Made by a program: the position numbers and the translations under genes. Positions 26,190 to 32,000 of a stretch of 32,000 bases of DNA are shown piece after piece (position 1 is the stretch's first letter; the number at the start of each line of letters is the position of its first letter). Under the pieces are notes generated by a model. The model worked only from the letters and a program-made list of their open reading frames with translations. It made no database searches and was not told where the DNA came from. This DNA comes from an uncultured Alphaproteobacteria bacterium (lineage in GTDB: Bacteria > Pseudomonadota > Alphaproteobacteria > Rhizobiales > Xanthobacteraceae). The stretch is from contig CAVZSC010000005.1 of NCBI GenBank assembly GCA_963777755.1, forward strand, positions 30,933 through 62,932. The letters run 5' to 3'.

Positions 26190-27167
26190 TCATTCCGGCG
26201 TAATCCCCGCATCGCGGACGACCTGGGCCCACTTGGCGATCTCCGTGGCGATGAACTTTTCCAGCTCGTCGGGCGTGCTGGTCAACGGCTCGATCGCGAG
26301 CGCGGTGAGCCTGTCCTGCACCTCCGGCCGCCGCAGATGTGCCATCAGCACCTGGTTCAGCTTGTCGACGATCGGCCGGGGCGTTCCGGCCCGCGCCACC
26401 ACCGAGAACCAGCCGGTCGCCGCGTAGCCGGGCAATCCCGCTTCCGCCAGCGTCGGCAGCTCGGGCATCGCCTTGATCCGCGCCCGCGAAGTGACCCCGT
26501 AGGCCTTCACCTTGCCCTCGCGGATCATCGGCATCGCTACCGCGAGATCGACCATCATCATCGGGATCTGGCCGCTGATCACGTCGGTCAGCGCCGGCAC
26601 GCTGCCGCGGTAGGGCACGTGCTGCGCCTTGGCGTCGATCATCTTGAGGAACATCTCCATGAACAGGTGATGCGGCGTCGAGGCGCCCGACGTGCCGTAG
26701 CTCATTCCGCCCGACTTGGCGCGGATCAGCGCGATCAGCTCGGGCAGCGTGGCGGCGCCGAGCGCCGGATTGGCGACCAGGGCGAACTGGGCCGAGCCGA
26801 CCAGGCCGATCGGCGCAAAATCCTTCTGCGTGTCATAGGGCAGCGACTTGTAGATGCTCGGGCCGATGGCGAGCGTGGTCACCGGGGCAAGCAGCAGCAT
26901 GTATCCATCGGGCGGCGACTTGGCGACCGCGGACGCTGCGATCAGGGTCCCGGCGCCGGGGCGATTCTCGACGACCACGGGACGCTTGAGCTTCTCCTGC
27001 AGCTCCTGCGCGAGAACGCGCGTCAGGATGTCGGTCCCGCCGCCCGCCGGGAATGGGCACACGAAGGTCACGGTGCGCTGCGGATAGTCGTCGGCCGTCT
27101 GAGCGTTGGCGGTCGGGCCGGAGAACCATAGTCCCAAACAAAATCCGACGATGACAATTCGGCGCAT
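26190..27167 (-). CDS. Bug/TctC-family periplasmic carboxylate-binding protein (tripartite tricarboxylate transporter receptor)
   Basis: 325 aa from ATG 27167 (SD GGGGAAG). Signal peptide MRRIVIVGFCLGLWFSGPTANA. Bug-family hallmarks are YPQRTVTFVCPFPAGGGTD, VENRPGAG and YRGSVPALTDVISGQIPMM. No tctA/tctB membrane genes lie nearby. Confidence 0.88.
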   Translation of the reverse strand: MRRIVIVGFCLGLWFSGPTANAQTADDYPQRTVTFVCPFPAGGGTDILTRVLAQELQEKLKRPVVVENRPGAGTLIAASAVAKSPPDGYMLLLAPVTTLAIGPSIYKSLPYDTQKDFAPIGLVGSAQFALVANPALGAATLPELIALIRAKSGGMSYGTSGASTPHHLFMEMFLKMIDAKAQHVPYRGSVPALTDVISGQIPMMMVDLAVAMPMIREGKVKAYGVTSRARIKAMPELPTLAEAGLPGYAATGWFSVVARAGTPRPIVDKLNQVLMAHLRRPEVQDRLTALAIEPLTSTPDELEKFIATEIAKWAQVVRDAGITPE

Positions 27168-27454
27168 GGACTTCCCCGTCGCTGCGGCTCGCAATAATGG
27201 TACGCGGATGGCGCCGGCCAAGCCAGCCCGTTGCACCCGGGGACCACCGATCGACCGCTGTGGCCGCCGACTGCGGAGGTCGGCCGAAAGCGTTGAATAT
27301 GTGGCATGAGATCACACGACCTGCCGGCATGTTCTCCGCTGAAATCGGAACAACGTCCAAGCTGACGCGTTACTTCTGCTTCATCGAAGCATCGTGACGA
27401 CTTGGGACCATGGACTCGGTTCGGGCCCTCACAAACATCGAACGGAGATGTTTC

Positions 27455-28219
27455 GTGACCGCATTTGCGAACAGAGTTGCGCTCATCACCGGCGCGACCA
27501 GCGGCATCGGTCGCGCTGCGGCGATTGCATTCGCGCGCGAGGGTGCGAGGGTGATCGTATCTGGGCGGCGCGAGAGGGACGGGAATGTCACGGTTGCGCT
27601 CATCAACCAGGCGGGCGGAGAAGCCAGGTTCGTCGGGACCGACGTGACCAGCGAGGCCGACGTTGCTGCGCTGGTCGATGCAACGTTATCCGCGTATGGC
27701 CGTCTCGACGTGGCGTTCAACAATGCGGGAGTAGGCGAAGGCAGAGCTGTCTCCATCCATGAAAGGACGTTGGAGGATTTCCACCGCGTCATGAGCACGA
27801 ACGTCCTCGGTGTCTTTCTTTGTCTGAAGCACGAGATTGCGGCAATGTTGAAGGGTGGCGGCGGTGCCATCGTAAACAATTCGTCCGTGTCCGGGCTGAT
27901 TGGTTTTCGCGGCGCAGCTGTTTACGTCGCGAGCAAGCATGCCGTGCTTGGACTGACCAAGTCGGCGGCCTTGGAATACGCCACCCGGGGCATACGGGTG
28001 AACGCGGTGGCACCGGGTGGAACCGAAACGCCGTTGTTGGATCGGATCACGGGCGGGCCGGGCTCCGAGCGCCATCGCGAATTCACGACTTTGCACCCCA
28101 TTGGGCGCACGGGCCGACCGGAGGAGGTCGCCGAAGCGGTCTTATGGCTCTGCTCAGACAAGGCATCCTTCACCACCGGACAATCGCTCGTCGTTGACGG
28201 CGGTTGGACCGCCCAATGA
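27455..28219 (+). CDS. Short-chain dehydrogenase/reductase (classical SDR)
   Basis: [10 protein letters not shown] cofactor motif, NNAG, and the catalytic S...YVASKHA (YxxxK). GTG 27455 is preferred, with GGAGA at 27444-27448. ORF-track ATG 27410 is possible. Confidence 0.85.
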   Translation: MTAFANRVALITGATSGIGRAAAIAFAREGARVIVSGRRERDGNVTVALINQAGGEARFVGTDVTSEADVAALVDATLSAYGRLDVAFNNAGVGEGRAVSIHERTLEDFHRVMSTNVLGVFLCLKHEIAAMLKGGGGAIVNNSSVSGLIGFRGAAVYVASKHAVLGLTKSAALEYATRGIRVNAVAPGGTETPLLDRITGGPGSERHREFTTLHPIGRTGRPEEVAEAVLWLCSDKASFTTGQSLVVDGGWTAQ

Positions 28220-28235
28220 ACCTTGGAGGGAACCG

Positions 28236-29148
28236 ATGATTCCCGCGTCCGAAACCTTCAACGGCACCTTTCCGTTCAAACCTCATTTCAGCGATGCTCC
28301 GGGATTTCGCATGCACTACGTCGACGAAGGTGACGGTGAACCGATCGTCTGTCTGCACGGCGAGCCGACGTGGGGTTACGTCTATCGGAATTTCATTCCT
28401 ACCCTCTGCAGGACTTCATCGTGTCATAGTTCCCGATCATATGGGCTTCGGTAAGAGCGAGACTCCTTCGACACGCGAGTACACGCTTAGCACGCATGTC
28501 GACAATCTCGAGGCTCTTCTCCTGGAACTGAATGTGCGCGACATCACCCTGGTCATGCAGGACTGGGGCGGGCCGATCGGCGGCGGATTTGCCTTCCGTC
28601 ATCCCGGTCGCGTCCGACGGCTTTGCCTTCTGAATACGATCGTTCCACTCGGTCTTCCGCTCGAACAGGATCTCTTTCCGAGGAATATCGAAACTGAATG
28701 GTTCCGGTGGGTGCGAAGCGCCCATGCGGATGGCTCGCTCGAGGATGTGCTCGGCAATCTCCGCGTAACCATCGTCGGTGTCATGAAGCTTCTCGGATTT
28801 GAGAACAGTGCGGTGATCGATGAGACCTGGATTCGGGCTTATGGCGCACATTTCAGAACAAGGGAGGATTGCATAGGCGCAATCAATTTCCCGCTCGATT
28901 TCGCGACCGGAAGGGTGAAATTCCAAACTGGAGATCCGCGCGAGCGCGAAGAGATCCGGCGCAAGCCGGCCATGCTCGCCGAGGGCTTGCGCGATCGCGC
29001 GATCCTGCCAGAGACCGCTCTCACGCATTTTCGTACCGCGTTTCAACGCGGCGCCGTCATCGAGCTGGAACGGGCGGGCCACTATTGCCAGGAGGATGAG
29101 CCCGAGATGCTCGTCGCGCTGATCGAGCAATTCATTCAACTCACGTGA
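28236..29148 (+). pseudogene. DhlA-like alpha/beta hydrolase (haloalkane dehalogenase HLD-I-like) interrupted by a frameshift near 28404-28408
   Basis: Frame A from ATG 28236 (SD GGAGGG) gives ...[33 protein letters not shown] and then stops at 28452-28454. Frame B (ORF 28294..29148) continues [21 protein letters not shown]...LVMQDWGG...AGHYCQED. Joined, they align colinearly with Xanthobacter DhlA ([40 protein letters not shown]; QDWGG; AGHFVQE). The junction lies in a ctct run and is consistent with -2 or +1 nt. Confidence 0.8.
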
Positions 29149-29366
29149 CGATCTTTGCGAAGGATGCCTCTCCTGGCACTCGCCGCCGCCGAGCACCGGA
29201 TTGGCGATGAGGGCAAATCAGCCGGGCCGACCAAGCCGAACGGGCACGATCTTGCTGCCCGTGAGGCACGGCCGGCAGGCCTCGTCAGGTCCGGCTTTCC
29301 GCGTTGGATACGGCTGCAGGAGCACGGGCTCGGACTGCACGGCAAGCCATGAGGACGCGGCCTGCG

Positions 29367-30569
29367 CTATCGAGGGGACGATCGTCCCAGCAGCGCCTCG
29401 ACGACCGCTTCGTCGGGAATCTCACGATTGTCCACGCGACGCACGAAGCCAAAGCCGTCGGCATAATCCCAATGGGTCCAGCCGATGCAATGACGCTCGG
29501 CGGCGGCGCGGACCGCTGTGAGCCAGCGGACGCGATCGGCAGGGGCAGCCTTCCAGCCGAGCACGCCGAACTCGTTGATGATGACCGCGCGTCGATGCCG
29601 CTCGGACCAGGCTGCCGCGCGGGCGATGTCGCGTTCAATGCGCCCTTCGGTCCAGGGCGAGAGCAAGTCTTTTTCCACGAGCCTTGCGGCGTCGGCATTC
29701 TTGACGGCGCTGAGCAGTTGCACGATCCGGCTGTCGGCTCGATCGGTGGGAAACGGGACCCCCTGCAGGTGACGGAGCGGGTCATCGCTCCAATCAAGCC
29801 CCTGGTGGGTAAAGATCATCGGATCGTAGAAGTGCGCAGCGTAGACGATATTCGGATCCGGAAACGGCACAAGCTCGAGCAGGGCTTCGATTCTCTGAAA
29901 ATTGGCGGGGCCGAAGATCAGCGTCCGCCCCGGCGATTCCGCCCGAACGGTGCTGATGAGCCGCGCGGCCTGGGCGTTCCAGATCTTGGCATCGACCACG
30001 GGCTCGTTGAGCAGCTCCAGGAACAGGCGGTCATCCGGATAATCGGCATATCGCCGAGCGAGCCGGCGCCACAGCACGTCGATGAGCTCGAGCGCGCCGT
30101 TCGGGTCGGCTACGTGCAGCCGGCCGAGGCTGTCGCCGGGATGGAGATCGAGGCTGATGCCATATCCCAGCCGGAGCAAGGTGCCGAGCGCCCGATCGAG
30201 TTCCGTCAGCCGGCGCCCCACGTCGTCGGGCTTGCTGAACGCCTCCATCAGGCGCTCCGCCGTGACCGGCAGGCGAATGTGCGTGAAGCCGCGTGAGCGC
30301 AGCGTCGCAAGCACACGCTCATCCGGGCGCCTGACGGTCGGCCCGTCGAGCCAGCCCGTGAGGTTGAACCCGCGCGCGAGGATCGCCAGCCGCGCCGTCG
30401 GCACGCCTGCCGAAGCTCGTGCCTCGCACGCCGGCCGTTCTGGACGACTTTGGCCTTCGGCGACGGCGGAGAGCCCGGCGAGCACAACCATCAGGCCCGC
30501 CGTGATGGACACCAGCAACGTCCGCGCGCCTGAGGCTGTTGCGCGCTGCGCTCGCAGCCGGCCCGTCAT
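29367..30569 (-). CDS. Glycoside hydrolase family 5 (endoglucanase-like), membrane-anchored or secreted
   Basis: 400 aa with an N-terminal hydrophobic anchor. The GH5 acid/base motif is LELLNEP and the nucleophile context is VIINEFG. The ATG overlaps the upstream gene stop (ATGA at 30566-30569). Confidence 0.8.
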   Translation of the reverse strand: MTGRLRAQRATASGARTLLVSITAGLMVVLAGLSAVAEGQSRPERPACEARASAGVPTARLAILARGFNLTGWLDGPTVRRPDERVLATLRSRGFTHIRLPVTAERLMEAFSKPDDVGRRLTELDRALGTLLRLGYGISLDLHPGDSLGRLHVADPNGALELIDVLWRRLARRYADYPDDRLFLELLNEPVVDAKIWNAQAARLISTVRAESPGRTLIFGPANFQRIEALLELVPFPDPNIVYAAHFYDPMIFTHQGLDWSDDPLRHLQGVPFPTDRADSRIVQLLSAVKNADAARLVEKDLLSPWTEGRIERDIARAAAWSERHRRAVIINEFGVLGWKAAPADRVRWLTAVRAAAERHCIGWTHWDYADGFGFVRRVDNREIPDEAVVEALLGRSSPR

Positions 30570-31411
30570 CGCAGCCCGCTACGCGGCACCGTCGTGCGCG
30601 CCCTCTCCAGCGCTTGCGGGCCGCCGGTCAACAGAAGGTACAGAGCGTGAGGATTGGTGGTGAGATAACGAAAGAACAGCCGCCGCGGCTCGAGTGCCAG
30701 GCGATAGAGCCACTCCAGCCCGGCGGATTGCATCCAAGCGGGCGCCCGGCGGTTTCTCTCCGACAGAAAGTCGAACAAGCCTCCGGACGTCTTGATCATG
30801 CCGACGTTGGTCAGACGTCCGCGATGCCGCAGCGCAAAGAACTGCTCCCGCGGCACTCCCATACCGATCCATAGAATGTCGGGTCGCGCCTCATTGATTT
30901 CCGCGATGACTGCGTCCGTTTCGTCCTCGCCGAAATAGCCATGGCGAAAGCCGACGATCTGCAGCTCGCGATACTGCTGCCGTACCTTGATGATCGACAT
31001 CTGCATCACGTCGCGCGCCGCGCCGAGCAGAAAAAACGTCGCGCCGCGTTCCTGTGCCACCCGCGCGACGTCATGGAACAAGTCGGTCGTTGCCACCCGC
31101 TCGGGCAACGGTGTCGCGCAGCGCAAGCGCGAAGCAAAGACGAGCGGCGTGCCGTCGGCATGAATGAGATCGGCGGACAGAAACAGCGAGCGTATGTGCG
31201 GATCGCGCGCGCACAGCGAGAGCACCTGACCATTGGCGGAGGTGACGTAGACCGGCGGCAAGCCGCTTCGGCGTCGCTCGATCGCCAGATCAATCATCAG
31301 CTCTGCGGATTGCGCACGATCGATCACCGCCAGCGGAAGACCGCCGACGTTCACGACCGGAATCTCAATCCTGTCGGATACCGCGTTGTATTGCTGCGAC
31401 GGACTTATCAT
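30566..31411 (-). CDS. WecB/TagA/CpsF-family glycosyltransferase
   Basis: 281 aa. The segment DILWIGMGVPREQFFALRHR...GGLFDFLSERNRRAPAWMQSAGLEWLYRLALEPRRL is the conserved core of this family. Confidence 0.85.
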   Translation of the reverse strand: MISPSQQYNAVSDRIEIPVVNVGGLPLAVIDRAQSAELMIDLAIERRRSGLPPVYVTSANGQVLSLCARDPHIRSLFLSADLIHADGTPLVFASRLRCATPLPERVATTDLFHDVARVAQERGATFFLLGAARDVMQMSIIKVRQQYRELQIVGFRHGYFGEDETDAVIAEINEARPDILWIGMGVPREQFFALRHRGRLTNVGMIKTSGGLFDFLSERNRRAPAWMQSAGLEWLYRLALEPRRLFFRYLTTNPHALYLLLTGGPQALERARTTVPRSGLR

Positions 31412-31478
31412 GCGCTTTCATCGCCGCCCCCGATGATCCATCGCAGACGGTGCAAAGCGATTCAAAGCCAAGCTGATC

Positions 31479-31488
31479 TTAAGCTTAA
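31479..31488. promoter_or_regulatory. Perfect 10-bp palindrome TTAAGCTTAA in an AT-richer divergent promoter region
   Basis: Read directly. It lies between the divergent WecB-like and CelD-like genes. No known binding factor is assigned. Confidence 0.2.
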
Positions 31489-31620
31489 TTGTCGACGTCG
31501 CGCGCGCTCACCAAGAGTTCACTTCAGTGCGCGGTCGGCGATCGCATAAACCAAAGCGCCAAGACTTCATTGCGCTCGTGGTGCAACGTGGCAAAATTAA
31601 CCGACCAAGAGGACCCATCC

Positions 31621-32000
31621 GGTGTTCGAGATCATCCTCGAGAGCTCGTATAACTTTCTCTCGGCCGAATATTTGGAGTTGTTCGCAGGCTCGCGTGCCA
31701 CCGCCTTCCAGCATCCCCTGTGGCTGGATCGCCTTTACGGCAAGCTCGCGCCCCGGCTGAACGCCGAACCGCTCGTGATTGTCGCGCGCTGGCGCCACAG
31801 CGGGCGACTTGCGATGCTGCTCCCTCTGCTGCGGCGGCGGCACGGCGCCGTGCGGGTCATCGAGTTCGCCGATTTGCAGGTTTCGGACTACGCGGCGCCG
31901 GTGTGCGACGACATCACTTTTGCCCAGATCGCCAGCGATCGGGAGGCCCGCGAGAGGATTCGCGCGCACCTCAAGCCGTATGATGTCCTGCGCATCCAAA
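31621..32000 (+). CDS. Partial (5' end) CelD/BioF2-like GNAT-fold acyltransferase; runs off the window
   Basis: Not in the ORF track because there is no stop inside the window. I translated it by hand from GTG 31621 (SD AAGAGGA at 31607-31613): VFEIILESSYNFLSAEYLELFAGSRATAFQHPLWLDRLYGKLAPRLNAEPLVIVARWRHSGRLAMLLPLL... with no stop through 32000. The AFQHPLW..L motif is typical of CelD-like proteins in EPS/cellulose loci. Confidence 0.55.

Noticed and set aside
28400-28412. Programmed ribosomal frameshift in the alpha/beta hydrolase gene
   Set aside because: There is no slippery heptamer and no obvious downstream stimulatory structure at the junction (accctctgcagg). A simple indel or sequencing error in a CT dinucleotide run is more parsimonious.
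29149-29366. 218-nt gap between the hydrolase and GH5 genes, with short ORFs 29155..29352 (+) and 29136..29345 (-)
   Set aside because: Both products are low-complexity with no SD and no family resemblance. Only a weak 6-bp hairpin is present. It may be a degraded remnant, but I cannot support any call.

Overview
High-GC chromosomal window that looks alphaproteobacterial, probably Bradyrhizobiaceae-like. That placement is inferred from a GAAC-N7-GAAC SOS box and REP-type palindromes. All family calls rest on motifs read by eye plus gene context; no search was run. I found no rRNA, tRNA, CRISPR array, transposase or integrase. Order of content: (1) a LexA-box-preceded imuA-imuB-dnaE2 SOS mutagenesis cassette (135-6065), with GC-rich palindromic repeat units sitting in frame inside dnaE2. 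(2) aqpZ and a convergent orphan transglutaminase-like gene. (3) A BzdR/BoxR-type regulator followed by boxC-boxB of the aerobic benzoyl-CoA pathway. The same strand then continues without a visible terminator into idi (type 1 IPP isomerase) and a UbiD-family decarboxylase. An acyl-CoA ligase lies convergent to these, and ubiX-mpl lies divergent from the ligase (7908-18167). This is my best candidate for an undescribed system: a prFMN-dependent aryl-carboxyl-CoA decarboxylation module wired into the O2-dependent box pathway, with its own prenyl-donor gene. (4) An unknown exported protein, then a molybdenum hydroxylase (FAD subunit plus fused 2Fe-2S/Moco subunit) translationally coupled to a membrane-anchored double-ABM protein (18325-24075). 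(5) A convergent operon of Bug/TctC binding protein, amidohydrolase_2, a Lys/Ala-rich 120-aa protein and a small Rieske protein (24096-27167). (6) A lower-GC patch with an SDR and a frameshifted DhlA-like alpha/beta hydrolase (27455-29148). (7) The edge of an exopolysaccharide locus: GH5, a WecB/TagA/CpsF transferase and a partial CelD-like gene. Many long ORFs in the supplied track are antisense shadows or upstream extensions typical of high-GC DNA, and I rejected them.
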